DNA of 64,000 bases from an uncultured Acidobacteriota bacterium. GTDB lineage: Bacteria > Acidobacteriota > Terriglobia > Terriglobales > Acidobacteriaceae. The notes under the pieces were generated by a model. That model did no database searches, was not told the origin of the DNA, and was given only the letters and a program-made list of their open reading frames with translations. Numbering within the stretch: position 1 is the stretch's first letter; each line of letters opens with the position of its first letter. Both the position numbers and the translations under genes were made by a program. Positions 44,569 to 56,115 of this stretch are shown one piece after another. The stretch lies in contig CAVOTQ010000017.1 in the NCBI GenBank assembly GCA_963699385.1, positions 37,277 to 101,276 of the forward strand. The letters run 5' to 3'.

Positions 44569-44856
44569 CTAGCCAAGCCATTCTTCTGTCTCGCGCCGGG
44601 CTTCTTCCTGCCGCGCTTCTTCGCGGCGCTCGGCAATCAGTTCGTCAGAAAGTACGCGATCGGCGGGTACGAGCTCGCGAAGGCTCTGCTGAACGCGGCG
44701 GATCCGCGCGTTTTGCTGCTCGACACGCAGAACGCCGTTCTCAAGCGACATGTCAACACTATCGCCGAGTTTCAGCCCCATGGCTTTGCGGATCACGGCG
44801 GGTATAACGATGCGACCATTCTCATTGATGCGAGTTTGAATACCTTCTATTTTCAA
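44569..44856 (-). CDS. AbrB/MazE/SpoVT family DNA-binding antitoxin (orphan)
   Basis: RINENGRIVIPAVIRKAMGLKLGD; LSDELIAERREEA; start TTG 44856 or ATG 44889. Confidence 0.85.
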   Translation of the reverse strand: MKIEGIQTRINENGRIVIPAVIRKAMGLKLGDSVDMSLENGVLRVEQQNARIRRVQQSLRELVPADRVLSDELIAERREEARQEEARRETEEWLG

Positions 44857-44857
44857 C

Positions 44858-44932
44858 GAGATGTACCAATAAATGACATAATATGACATTCATGCATTGA
44901 AGTCAATCGAAGAATCATGACATAAAATGTCA
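44858..44932. promoter_or_regulatory. AT-rich promoter/operator with TGACAT-N3-ATGTCA palindrome
   Basis: tgacataaaatgtca 44918-44932 and related tgacataatatgaca 44874-44888. Confidence 0.6.
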
Positions 44933-45026
44933 CGAAATTGGTTTGGCGTGCGCGCGCCCGGGTTTTGGCGTCTTCAATTGTGGCGAGATTTGCCACCAAC
45001 CATGCTTCCCGTGAAGAATAGGCAGC

Positions 45027-46550
45027 ATGCGGACTGAGATTTTCTTTGCCCCGATCGCGGGGATTGCTACCGAACTATTGGCCGTTCTGGCCGTTGACAC
45101 GCAAACGGTAAAGGGCCCCGGGGCCAAACCGCAGCCTATGCTGCTGACCACGGACGCCGCCGTTGAGGCAGCCGCGGCCGGGGTGCTCGCGACGGGCGAG
45201 TACAAAGCAGGCGCGAATGAGACTGTGCTCATCCACGCACCGGCGGGACTCACGGCCAAGCGGCTGCTGATTGTGGGGCTCGGTAAGCTGGCCAAGGCCA
45301 CAGTGCACAGCGTACGCGAAGCCGCCGGGACGGCGGTTCGGTTTGCCAAACCGCGGGGGATTCGGGAGCTGACGTTGGCACTCCCCTTATCCGATGCGCT
45401 GTCCTCTGTAGCCAGTACTCGGGCGGTCGCTGAAGGGGCTTTCATCGCGGACTTCGATCCCGACACCTATCGCAGTGAGCGCAAAGATCAGAGCATCGAG
45501 ACCTTCATCCTTGCTGCTCCGGAGGGGGTTTTCCGTTCGGCCATGGAGTCGGCTTTCGCCGAGGGCGTGATTATTGGCGAGAGCCAGAACTTTGCGCGAT
45601 CGCTGGTGAATGAGCCTGGCAACAAGCTGACGCCCACGATTCTGGGCCAGCGTGCGGCACAGATGGCGGAGGAAGTTGGCCTGGGATGGGACATCTACTC
45701 GACCGAAAAGCTGCACGAGCTGAAAATGGGCGCGTTCTGGAGCGTGTCGCAGGGCTCTCCTGAGCCGCCGGCGCTGATTGTTTTGCGTTACGAGCCGGAA
45801 GGCGTGGCGGACGGTCCAGTGCTCGGGCTCGTGGGCAAGGGCATCACCTTCGATACCGGCGGAATTTCCATCAAGCCTGCCGACAATATGGAGAAGATGA
45901 AGTACGACATGGCGGGCGGCGCGGCGATGCTGGGGGCGATGCGCGCCATTGCGCTGCTGAAGCCGCGGGTGCGCGTGATCGCGATCGTTTGCGCGGCGGA
46001 AAACATGCCTTCCGGCACGGCGCAAAAACCCGGCGACGTGCAGACCGCGATGCCGCTCACTCCAGATAAGCCAGGCAAGACCATCGAGATCATCAACACA
46101 GACGCAGAGGGGCGGCTGGTGCTGGCCGACGGACTCACCTACGCGCGGCAACTCGGAGCGACACATCTAATCGATGCGGCGACACTCACCGGCGCCATTT
46201 CCGTTGCCCTGGGCAGAACCACTGGCGGCGTTTTTTCGAACGACGATTCCACGTGCGCAAAGTTCGAAGCCGCGCTGGCTGTTTCCGGGGAAAAGTTCTG
46301 GCGCCTTCCGCTGGGCGAAGAGTATGCGGAGTTGATCAAGTCGGATATCGGCGACATCAAGAACACGGGCGGACGATATGGCGGCGCCAGCATTGCGGCG
46401 GAGTTCCTGCACACTTTCGCGGAAGACACGCCGTGGATTCATCTCGACATTGCAGGTGTGGCATGGGTGGAGGAGTCGCGGCCCTACGTTGCCAAGGGTC
46501 CCAGCGGGATTGCGGTGCGGTCGATTCTGGAGTGGGTGCGGAGCTACTAG
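45027..46550 (+). CDS. pepA: Leucyl aminopeptidase (M17)
   Basis: VGKGITFDTGG, MKYDMAGGA, ENMPSG, NTDAEGRLVLAD, WIHLDIAG. Confidence 0.95.
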   Translation: MRTEIFFAPIAGIATELLAVLAVDTQTVKGPGAKPQPMLLTTDAAVEAAAAGVLATGEYKAGANETVLIHAPAGLTAKRLLIVGLGKLAKATVHSVREAAGTAVRFAKPRGIRELTLALPLSDALSSVASTRAVAEGAFIADFDPDTYRSERKDQSIETFILAAPEGVFRSAMESAFAEGVIIGESQNFARSLVNEPGNKLTPTILGQRAAQMAEEVGLGWDIYSTEKLHELKMGAFWSVSQGSPEPPALIVLRYEPEGVADGPVLGLVGKGITFDTGGISIKPADNMEKMKYDMAGGAAMLGAMRAIALLKPRVRVIAIVCAAENMPSGTAQKPGDVQTAMPLTPDKPGKTIEIINTDAEGRLVLADGLTYARQLGATHLIDAATLTGAISVALGRTTGGVFSNDDSTCAKFEAALAVSGEKFWRLPLGEEYAELIKSDIGDIKNTGGRYGGASIAAEFLHTFAEDTPWIHLDIAGVAWVEESRPYVAKGPSGIAVRSILEWVRSY

Positions 46551-46804
46551 GATTTGTGCGGCGCGATTCAAAATTGTTGTGAGGAGTCCGGCTGCTCTCC
46601 CTCAGGGGCTAAAGCCCCGTCATTTTTATTGCCGCTTTCGGCATGACTGAAGTCATGCCCTGACAAGAAACTAAGCCGAACCGAAGCCGTCCCGAGATTC
46701 GTGGTCTCCCACCCATCGAGCAAAAGACGCTCGATGGATGGGGCACCGAAAGTTTCGTTCATCGTGGGTCGGAAATGCCAGTGGCGGACCGATACAAACT
46801 CATT

Positions 46805-46855
46805 CTTGAATCACGCTCTCGCTTGAATCACGCTCTCGCTTGAATCACGCTCTCG
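46805..46855. repeat. Three perfect tandem 17-mers (CTTGAATCACGCTCTCG)
   Basis: Direct reading of the sequence. Confidence 0.95.
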
Positions 46856-46957
46856 CCGACCGATACGAGAGGCGCCCGGAAGCTTGTCTCCGCAAGGGCC
46901 GTGGCCGGACGCGTCTCCTTTTCCACATTTGAATTCCCTCATTACGGAATCTCGCGA

Positions 46958-46984
46958 TGAAGTTGTGACGCGTTGGGCCGATGC
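46958..46984 (+). promoter_or_regulatory. Putative sigma-28 (FliA) promoter
   Basis: TGAAGTTG-N11-GCCGATGC versus consensus TAAAGTTT-N11-GCCGATAA, upstream of a motAB-containing operon. Confidence 0.6.
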
Positions 46985-47072
46985 AGAATTGTGGGCGCCA
47001 AGCGCTGCGTCCGCACGCCGGTATGTTGCGAGTGAATCGCCGGGGAAACTTGCGCGCAGCGAGGAGGCTTCG

Positions 47073-47999
47073 ATGACTGATCGCACGGAACTGCTCGAAG
47101 CCGTCTTCGACAGCGTTCCTGAGGGCGTGGGGCTTTTTGACGGGAACGGCGTAGTGATGTTCTGGAACCAGGCGGCGCAAGGCATTACCGGCTACCCTGC
47201 CGTGGAGCTGCAAGGGCGGCAATTTCCGGAGTGCCTGGAACCGCTGCTTGCGGCGCGAAGCGGCATGGAAGAGTCGCATGCGCCGGGCGCTGTGGCAGAG
47301 GTGCGGCGGTCGCTGGCTCAGGCGCGGCATAAGCTGGGCCACGCAGTGCCGGTGCTGGTGCGCATTCTGGCTTTGCGCAACGGGCTGGGCGAACGCATCG
47401 GCACGGCTTTGCTGTTTCATCCGGCGGAAAGCCTCGATGCGTTGCCACACGGGGAATCGAGCGCTGATCAGGGAGCGGCGGAGAGCCGCGCCGAGCTGGA
47501 AGAGCGGCTGCAAACCGAGTTCGACGATTTTGCGCGCGGCGGGAGTCCGCTGGGCGTTTTGTGGATCACGGTCGATCAAGCGGAGGAACTGCGCAAAACC
47601 CACGGTGCGGCAGCGTGCAACGCCATGCTGGAAAAGGTGCGCCATGCCGTGGCGCAGGGCCTGCGTCCGACGGAGGAGATGGGCCGCTGGGGCGACGATG
47701 AATTCCTGATTGTGGCGCATGAGCGCAGTGCAGACATGCTGACCGCGCACGCTCAGGTACTGGACGGCCTGGCGCGCACCGCCGACTTTCGCTGGTGGGG
47801 CGACCGCATCTCGATCACAGTGAGCATCGGCGCGGCGCAGGCCGGCCGCGATGCTTCAGAAGGTTTAGCGCAACTGCTGCGGCGGGCTCGCGACGCGATG
47901 CAAGCCAGCAGCCGTGAGGGCGGGAACCGTGTAACCGCAGCTGTTTCCAACAGCGCCGCATCCGTTGCGCAGGAGGATTCGTCATGTTCGCCATCATAG
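47073..47999 (+). CDS. PAS + degenerate GGDEF domain protein
   Basis: PAS-like FWNQAAQGITGY; RWGDDEFLIV, ITVSIGAA; GAGGAGG RBS; overlaps the motA start. Confidence 0.85.
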   Translation: MTDRTELLEAVFDSVPEGVGLFDGNGVVMFWNQAAQGITGYPAVELQGRQFPECLEPLLAARSGMEESHAPGAVAEVRRSLAQARHKLGHAVPVLVRILALRNGLGERIGTALLFHPAESLDALPHGESSADQGAAESRAELEERLQTEFDDFARGGSPLGVLWITVDQAEELRKTHGAAACNAMLEKVRHAVAQGLRPTEEMGRWGDDEFLIVAHERSADMLTAHAQVLDGLARTADFRWWGDRISITVSIGAAQAGRDASEGLAQLLRRARDAMQASSREGGNRVTAAVSNSAASVAQEDSSCSPS

Positions 48000-48862
48000 G
48001 CATCTTCCTTGTTTTCGCCGCCGTCATCGGAGGCTTCCTCATGGAGAAGGGGCACATGGCCGTGCTTGTGCAGCCGGCCGAGTTGCTGATAATTGCCGGG
48101 GCGGCCGCGGGAACGCTGCTGGTCGCCAATCCGATGCGCATTATCAAATCCATCGTCGCCAGCCTTGCCGGTTTGCTCAAAGGCTCGCCCTTCACGAAGG
48201 AGCGCTACCTGAGCACGCTGAAGATGCTGTACCAATTTCTGAATAAAGTGCGCAAAGAGGGGCTGCTGGCGGTGGAGATGGACGTGGAGAAGCCGGAGGA
48301 AAGCGCGATCTTCAAAAACTATCCCGAATTTCTCAACGACCATCACGCGCGCGACTTTGTTTGCGATACGCTGCGCACGGCCATCACGGGCGGGGTGGAG
48401 CCGTTCGATATGGATCAGATGATGGAGCTGGACATGGAAGTGCACCATCATGAAGCGGTGCAGCCGGTCGACTCGCTGACCACGGTGGCGGATTCACTGC
48501 CCGGCCTGGGCATTGTGGCCGCGGTGCTGGGCGTAGTGATCACGATGGGGGCACTGGGCGGACCGCCGGAAGAGATCGGCAAACACGTGGCCGCGGCGCT
48601 GGTGGGGACGTTTCTCGGCATCCTGCTTTGCTACGGCCTGGTAGGGCCGCTGGCTGCAAACATGGGCAAGCTGGCCGCCGAGCACAACGAGTATTTGCAC
48701 GTGCTGCGGGTGCTGCTGCTGGCGTTTCTTAAGGGCTCGGCGCCGATGATCGCGATTGAAATGGGACGACGCGCGATTCCGGCGCACGCGCGGCCGGGGT
48801 TCGACGAGATGGAGAAGACCTGCAAGAACAAGAGTGAAGCACCGGAAGCGGCGGCAGCGTAA
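47984..48862 (+). CDS. motA: Flagellar motor stator MotA
   Basis: QPAELLII, RKEGLLAVE, DSLPGLGIVAAVLG, ALVGTFLGIL. Confidence 0.95.
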   Translation: MFAIIGIFLVFAAVIGGFLMEKGHMAVLVQPAELLIIAGAAAGTLLVANPMRIIKSIVASLAGLLKGSPFTKERYLSTLKMLYQFLNKVRKEGLLAVEMDVEKPEESAIFKNYPEFLNDHHARDFVCDTLRTAITGGVEPFDMDQMMELDMEVHHHEAVQPVDSLTTVADSLPGLGIVAAVLGVVITMGALGGPPEEIGKHVAAALVGTFLGILLCYGLVGPLAANMGKLAAEHNEYLHVLRVLLLAFLKGSAPMIAIEMGRRAIPAHARPGFDEMEKTCKNKSEAPEAAAA

Positions 48863-48949
48863 GAGACAGGGAACATAGGGAACAAGGGACCGAGGGAACA
48901 AGAAGGCAGACGCGGAGCAGGGAAGCGTAGACGAAGGTTGAAGGATTCT

Positions 48950-49876
48950 ATGGCGGGCAAAGCGCAACCGATTATTGTGATCAAGAAGACGGGCGGCCAC
49001 GGAGGCCACCACGGCGGCGCATGGAAGGTGGCCTACGCCGACTTTGTGACCGCGATGATGGCGCTCTTCATCGTGCTTTGGCTGACAAGCCAGAGCGATG
49101 CGGTAAAAAAAGCCGTGGCTGGTTATTTTAACGATCCCAAAGGGCTTGCCACGTTGCTGGGCACGACCTTGTCGGGGACGGGCCCCGGCACAACACCGGC
49201 GCCCGACCAGAACCAGAAGCAGCTGGAGGATTTGAAAGAAAAACTGGAGCAGGAAATCAAGGCGCGCAAGGAACTGGAGAAGCTGAACAAGCAGATTGAG
49301 ATGACGATTACATCGGAGGGCCTGCGCATTGAGCTGCTGGAAGACAAGAACGGCACCTTCTACCAAAGTGGAAGCGCGAAACTGAGTCCCAACGGCCAGG
49401 AGTTGCTGGCGTTGCTGGCCACGGAGCTGAAGACGCTGCCGAACCAACTGCAGATCGAGGGACACACCGACGCGGCGCAATACTCAAACGACGCCAACTA
49501 CAGCAACTGGGAGCTCTCGGCAGACCGCGCCAATTCTGCGCGCCGCCTGCTGCAGCAAGATGGAGTGCGCGACGACCAGGTGACGCAGGTGCGCGGTTAT
49601 GCCGATCAGCTGCTGCGCGTAAAAAGCAATCCGTACGATCCATCCAACCGCCGCATCTCCATCCTGGTGAAGAATAGCGACAATGCGCCGCCGCCACAAC
49701 TGAAGCACGCGCAGGTGGTGGGAGGCGGGCCAGGGCCTGCGCTTTCGGCGGCTCCTCCGAGCGCGCCTGCTCCGTCAGCAGCGCCCGCGGCTCCGGCGAA
49801 ACCGCCGGCGTCGGCGCTAGCGAAGCCCGGGTTGCTCAGCAAGCTCACGGGACTATTGCCCGGAGTGAAGAAATAG
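48950..49876 (+). CDS. motB: Flagellar motor stator MotB
   Basis: GGAWKVAYADFVTAMMALF, IEGHTD, SNWELSADRAN, NRRI. Confidence 0.95.
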   Translation: MAGKAQPIIVIKKTGGHGGHHGGAWKVAYADFVTAMMALFIVLWLTSQSDAVKKAVAGYFNDPKGLATLLGTTLSGTGPGTTPAPDQNQKQLEDLKEKLEQEIKARKELEKLNKQIEMTITSEGLRIELLEDKNGTFYQSGSAKLSPNGQELLALLATELKTLPNQLQIEGHTDAAQYSNDANYSNWELSADRANSARRLLQQDGVRDDQVTQVRGYADQLLRVKSNPYDPSNRRISILVKNSDNAPPPQLKHAQVVGGGPGPALSAAPPSAPAPSAAPAAPAKPPASALAKPGLLSKLTGLLPGVKK

Positions 49877-50100
49877 TTTCAAATCCTGGACCTCGTGAAT
49901 TCGCGCCAGTGAAGTTCGTGCTGTCCCACCCTTTCGCCCAAAAGTCGGGCAAAAGGATGGGGCACGGGTGCGGTATTTTGTTGCCGAATCAATGATCCGT
50001 GTGCAGTTGAGAAATCGGTCTCTCACGGGCAGGACGTGCTGCGCAGCCATGGTGTAGTCTGGTCTGCGGATAAGGAAACGTTTACCGGAGGGCAGGTTTC

Positions 50101-51684
50101 ATGGCTATCGTCGCCGGAGTAGATTTCGGCACACTCAGCGTTCGCGTCACTCTCGTTGACAGCAAGAAAGGCCCGATCGGGACTGGCTCGGCGTCGTATC
50201 CGCTCCATCGCCGCCGCGACGATCCCAATTACGCGACGCAGTCACATGGGGATCAGATGGCGGCTTTGGCAGCGGCCACAAAGGACGCGCTGAAGACGAC
50301 GGGCGTGGATGGATCCGAAGTTGCCGCGATCGCGCTCGACACTACCGGCTCCAGCGTGATTCCGGTGGGCGAGAATTTGGAGCCGCTCGACGAATACTAC
50401 TTATGGTGCGACCATCGCGCCTTTGCCGAGGCCGAGGAGATTACCCGCAAGGCGCACGAGCTGGGTTTTGAAGGCATTGCGTGGTGCGGCGGCGTTTACT
50501 CGCACGAATGGGGGTTCGCCAAACTGCTGCACTGGCTCCGCCACAACCCGAAAGCAAGAGAAAAATTTGTAACGGCGCTGGAACATTGCGACATGGTTGC
50601 GGCAACGCTTTCGGGCGTGACCGAAGTGAGCGCGCTGAAACGTAGCGCTTGCGCCATGGGCCACAAATGGATGTGGAATCCCAAATGGGATGGTTTGCCG
50701 CCGGAGGAGTTTCTGGTTGCGGTGGACCCGCTGCTGGCGGGCGTACGCGCCAAGATGGGCGGCGAATACCTGACCAGCGACAAGATCGCAGGGCATCTCT
50801 CGGAAAAGTGGGCCGCGGAGCTGGGGCTTCGCGCCGGGATTCCAATTCCTGTCGGCGCTTTTGACGCACACTGGGACGCCATTGGTTCGAACATCCGCGA
50901 GGGCGACGTGGTGAACGTGGTCGGCACCTCGACCTGCATCATCGCGATGGCGGCGAAGGCGGAGCTGATTCCCGGCGCGTGCGGTGTAGTGCCTGGAAGC
51001 GTGCATCCGCAGTTCACGGGCATTGAAGCCGGGCTGTCAGCGGTGGGCGATATTTTCGATGCCATTGCCAGGCGCGCGAATACGACGGTGGCCGCGCTCT
51101 CAGAGGGACTCGACGCGTGGAAGGCGGGCCAGACCGGACTCTTGCGTCTGAGCTGGGATAACGGCGATCGCACTGTGCTGGTGAATCCCGAACTGGGCGG
51201 CGTGACGCTGGGATGGAACCTGGTGCACACCGCGCAGGACGAACTTTTTGCCGCGATTGAAGGCACCGCATTCCACACGCGCATCATTCTGGAGCGCATG
51301 GCGGAGCACGGTGTGCGCATCGATCGCATCATCAATGCGGGCGGCATTCCGCAGAAGAACGAAATTCTGAACCAGGTCTACGCCAACGTGCTGAACAAGC
51401 CGGTGCTGGTACCGGCAGGAATTCCTACCAGTCTCGGCTCGGGGATTTTCGCGCTGCTCGCTGCCGGAGTGTACAAGACGATCGAAGAGGCGCAGGCTGC
51501 GGTGTGTCTGCCCTTCCGCACCGTGGAGCCGGACACGAAAGCCACCGCAGTGTACGAGCAGCTATACCCGCTCTATCGCGAGGTGTATTTTGCGCTGGGC
51601 AAGCGCGACGCGGCGCCGGCGGCGCTGGGTAACGTGCTGCCCGAACTGAGAAAGATTGCGGCGCAGGTGCAGAAGGCAGGTTGA
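50101..51684 (+). CDS. araB: Ribulokinase (FGGY carbohydrate kinase)
   Basis: GVDFGTLSVR, DTTGSS, LWCDHRA, CAMGHK, FDAH, VGTSTC, WDNGDRT, GGIPQKN. Confidence 0.85.
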   Translation: MAIVAGVDFGTLSVRVTLVDSKKGPIGTGSASYPLHRRRDDPNYATQSHGDQMAALAAATKDALKTTGVDGSEVAAIALDTTGSSVIPVGENLEPLDEYYLWCDHRAFAEAEEITRKAHELGFEGIAWCGGVYSHEWGFAKLLHWLRHNPKAREKFVTALEHCDMVAATLSGVTEVSALKRSACAMGHKWMWNPKWDGLPPEEFLVAVDPLLAGVRAKMGGEYLTSDKIAGHLSEKWAAELGLRAGIPIPVGAFDAHWDAIGSNIREGDVVNVVGTSTCIIAMAAKAELIPGACGVVPGSVHPQFTGIEAGLSAVGDIFDAIARRANTTVAALSEGLDAWKAGQTGLLRLSWDNGDRTVLVNPELGGVTLGWNLVHTAQDELFAAIEGTAFHTRIILERMAEHGVRIDRIINAGGIPQKNEILNQVYANVLNKPVLVPAGIPTSLGSGIFALLAAGVYKTIEEAQAAVCLPFRTVEPDTKATAVYEQLYPLYREVYFALGKRDAAPAALGNVLPELRKIAAQVQKAG

Positions 51685-51825
51685 GGGTCAAGGTCTCCCA
51701 CCTTTTCGCAAAAAGCGCGAAAGGATGGGGCACGGGGCTGCCCGGGCGGCGCGGTATGCTGCGACTTGCTCATGGGCGCGAAGCGGTTTAGTGTGGTTTT
51801 CACAATCTAAATTGCCGGGTGCCTT

Positions 51826-54800
51826 GTGCCTTCTTCCTTTCTGCGTATTCATTTGCCTCGCCTGCTGGCCGCGTTGCTCGCATGCACATTGTCTGTGGCT
51901 GTGCGCGCGCAATCGTTGCCGGAGGCTCCGTATGCCGCGCCGTCGGCCGAGCCGTGGAGCGCGCCGCACTTCTCGATTGATCCCAAGGCGCTGTACCAGG
52001 CCGCATCCGCCGCACCTGCGCCGGATGGCGTGAACGTGACGGAGCTTTGTGAGGATGAGCACTACACCTTCGACGACGCCGGGCGGCAGGTTCACGTGGG
52101 GCACGTTATCTATAAAGTGCTGACGCAGAGGGGCGCTGAGGGTTGGGACTCGCTTACCGTGGGCTGGGAACCGTGGCACGAAGCCCGGCCCATCATCCGC
52201 GCGCGGGTGATCGCGCCCGACTTCACAGTGCACACACTCGATCCCAATACGATCACTGAGGCTCCGGCGCGCGGCGGCGACTACAAGACGTACAGCGACG
52301 GCAAGCGTCTGCGCGCGCCGCTTCCGGCCATTGCACCAGGCGCGGTAGTGGAAGAGGAATACACCGAGACGGAAACGGAGCCGTTGTTTCGAGCGGGCCG
52401 CGTGGGACGAGTTGTGCTCGGCCAGGAAGACATACCCGTGGCGCACAGCCGCGTGGTTTTCGATGCTCCCGCGGCTTTGCCTCTGCGCACCAATCTACTG
52501 TTGCTCCCCGGGATCAAGCCGGAGCGCACCGAATCCGGTGGGCGCGTGACGCTCACGTTCGACGTGGGCGCGCTGGATGCGATCGATGCGCGCGAGGACT
52601 ATCTACCTCCAGAGGCAGTGCGCTTCCCGATGATCGAATTTTCCACAAGCGCATCGTGGCAGAGTGTTGCAGCGGAGTACGGAAAAATTGTGGATGATCG
52701 CGCAAATTCGCCAGCGGTTGAAAGCGTGGTGACGCCGCTGATTGCGGGCAAAAAATCCGCCGCCGAGAAAGAGGCGGTCATTCTCGACTACCTCGACCGC
52801 GAGGTCCGTTACACCGGAATTGAATTCGGCGAAGCAGCTATCATTCCTCACGATCCGGCAGAAACGCTGGCGAAGAAATACGGCGATTGCAAGGACAAGG
52901 CCACGCTGCTGGTGGCGATGCTGCGCGCGGCGGGCATTCCTGCTTACGTCGCGCTTCTCGACGCGGGAGTGCGCATGGATGTGCCGGTGGATCTGCCCGG
53001 CATGGGAATGTTCGATCATGCGATTGTCTACGTGCCGGGGAAAAATCCGATCTGGATCGATGCCACCGACCGCTACGCGCAACTGGGACAGGTGCCGATG
53101 GCAGACCAGGGCCGCTTGTCGCTCGTTACCAGCGACGCCGCAACGGCGCTCATCAAAATTCCTGAAGCCTCTTCGCGCGACAACGGCGTGGTGGAGACGC
53201 GCGAGTTCACGCTGACAGACAACGGCCCCGCCAACGTGGTCGAGATTACCGAGCCCAAGGGCATTCTGGAATCGAACTATCGCGCCGTTTACGCCGACAA
53301 GCCCGGCAAGGACATGCGCGAAGGCCTGCGCGGCTACATCAAGTTGGAGTATCTCTGCGATGACCTAAGCAGGGTCGAACGTACCGATCCCGCGGATCTT
53401 TCGCAGCCGTTCAAGCTGACCATTGCCTGCGAAAAAGCAAAGCGCGGTTACACGCAACTGGAAAGCGCGCAGGCCGCGATTCCAGTCGGCGGGCTCTTCC
53501 AGTTTTTGCCCGAGGAACTCAGGCAGAAAGACGATTCCGATGAGAACAAAACTAACGGTCCCGATAAGCCTAAGAAGCCGCGCACGGACGATTGGTGGCT
53601 GAATGCGGCCTTCACCACGGAGTGGAACTATCGCTTTATTCCACCCGCGGGATTCGTTCCCAAAGAGCTGCCCAAGGATGCGACCATCGCGCTCGGGCCG
53701 GCGCAACTGACGGAGAGCTTCACCACGGAAAAAGGCGGAGTGGTGCTGGCGCACCTGGTCTTCGATTCCGTGAAGCGCCGCTACACTGCGGCCGAGGCTA
53801 CGGCACTGCGCAATGAAGTGGCGGATCTTATCGAATGGCCCCGTCATCCTCATCGACTTTGAGCCGCAGGGCGAGGCACTGCTGCGCGACGGCAAGGTGA
53901 AGGAGGCGTTGGCCAGTTATCGCGCGCTGGTGGCGCTGAATCCCAATGCGGCCGTGCATCATTTGCAGGTGGCGAACGTGCTGCTTCAGGCCGGCATGGG
54001 AGAGGCTGCGCGCGCGGAGGCGCGGCTGGCCGTGCAACTCGATCCAACTTCGGCGCTCGCCGAACGCGTGCTGGCCGAGATTCTGAAACACGACCTGGTG
54101 GGACGCGAGCTGCGCCCGGGAAGCGATCTGACTGGCGCGGCCGAAGCGTATCGTGCCGCCATCAAGCTCGATCCCGACGATCACACTGCGCAAGCCGATC
54201 TGGCGATTTTGCTCGAGTATGACTCCGTGGGGCGGCGCTACAGCGGCCAGGCGCACATGAAAGAGGCCGTCGCTGAATACGAGAAGCTGGGTCAGGACAA
54301 ACTTGCCGACCTTGGACTCACCGACAATCTTGCGTTCGCGCACTTCTACGCAGGGGATTATGCGGGCGCGTACAGGTCGGCGCAAGCGCTGAATCCCGAG
54401 CCCAAGGCGCTGATGTCGGCTTGCGTGGCGATGCTGCAGAACAGCAAGGCGGGACTGGATGAGGCCAACAAGCGCGCCACGGACGACAACGGATTCAAAG
54501 AGACAGATCGCACTGCTGGCGAAATGCTGATGAACATGCGGCAGTACGCGCAGGCCGCGGACTTTTACCAGGCGGGCGCCGCGGGCGAGGACGCCGCGCG
54601 GACGTTGGGCCTGGCGAACATGCTGCGCGGCGCGCCTCACCACGAAGATGTGCAGTTCGCGAACACTCCGGCAGACATCGTCAAGCGCTTCTCCATGGTG
54701 CCGTTCGATGCCGATCTCACGAAGGAACGTTTCGCTACGATGCTCAGCCGCAACGCCGTCAAGGTGCTGAACGCCATGGACGCCGACGATTTGAAGCAGG

Positions 54801-56008
54801 AGCTCGAAAACGGCAAGAAGATGAACAGCCAGCTGGCCCGCGAGGGGAGTTCGCTCGATGTTACCCAGGACATCGTGCTGCACATGCTCGACCCCAAGGG
54901 CGAAGGCGATGATACGACAGGCTACCGCGAAAAGGTGGAAGTGCTGGGCGGAAGTACATTGACGATCTACATCGTGAAGGAAGACGGGCAATACAAATTG
55001 CTCGACACCGAGGAAAAGCCGAACGCCATCGCTCTGGAAATGCTGGACCGGATTCAGGCCGGCGATTTACGGGGCGCGAAGGCGCTGCTGGACTGGATGC
55101 GCGAGGATGTGCACCTGGAGGGCGGCGACGATCCACTGGGTGGGCCGGTGTTTCCGCGCTTCTGGACCAAGGGTGAAGCGCCGGACGCGCGCAAGATGAA
55201 GCTGGCTGCGGCGTCGATTCTTGTCGGCTCGAAGCCCACTGTAGCGCAGGGCGTGCCGATTCTGGAGGCGGCGCTGAAGGAGGCGACAGGCGATCGCGAG
55301 CGCACCAACATCCGGATCGCGCTGGCTGTCGGGTACCTGATCCAGAACAATTTTGCGCGCATGCTCGACGTGGCGTCGGCACTCGAGAAAGACGAACCGG
55401 AATCGAAGACGGCCTTCATCGACAATGTGCTGGCGTTGATGGGGCTGGAACGTTACGACGACGCTCTGGCGCTGGCTGATGAACGGCTGAAGCTGCTCGA
55501 GAACGACAGCGACGCTTACGAGATGAAGATGGAGATCGAAGCCGATCGCGGGAATTTTGCTGCGGCGCGCGGCTGGGCGCAAAAACTTGCTGACCTGGGC
55601 AAGGAGGACGCCAATCTGCTGAACAACGAGACTTGGTATGCGCTGTTCACCGGCAAGGTGGAGCAGGCGGACATTGCGAAGGCGATTCGCGCAACGGAGA
55701 TGCAGAAAGACTCACCGGCCGTGCTGCACACGCTGGCTTGTCTCTACGCCGAAGCGGGCAACACCAAGGACGCGCGCGAGGTTTTGCTGCGCGCCATGGA
55801 CGACTGGAATCTCGATGAGCCGAATGACGAGGTGTGGTACGTGCTGGGCCGCATCGCGGAGCAGTATGGCGAGCGCGAGATCGCCATCGCCGACTATCGC
55901 AGGCTGGAGAAGCCGAAGGAGCCGCTTGTCGTTTCTACATCGACGTGGCGGCTGGCGCAGATTCGGTTGAAGGCGATGGGGGTGGAGGAGACCGCGGCTG
56001 CGAAGTAA
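51826..56008 (+). CDS. Exported DUF3857 + transglutaminase-like + TPR protein, frameshift near 53836
   Basis: VRYTGIEFG, GDCKDKATLL, FDHAIV, WIDAT triad motifs; C-terminal TPR-like helices. Confidence 0.88.
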
Positions 56009-56115
56009 TGCGTTCGAGAAAATGGCCGGCGGTCAAAGAACAACCACAGGTCCTTCGACTCCGTCCGCCGCGGCGGACTCCGCTCAGGATGACAACTCTT
56101 GATACTGACCACTGA

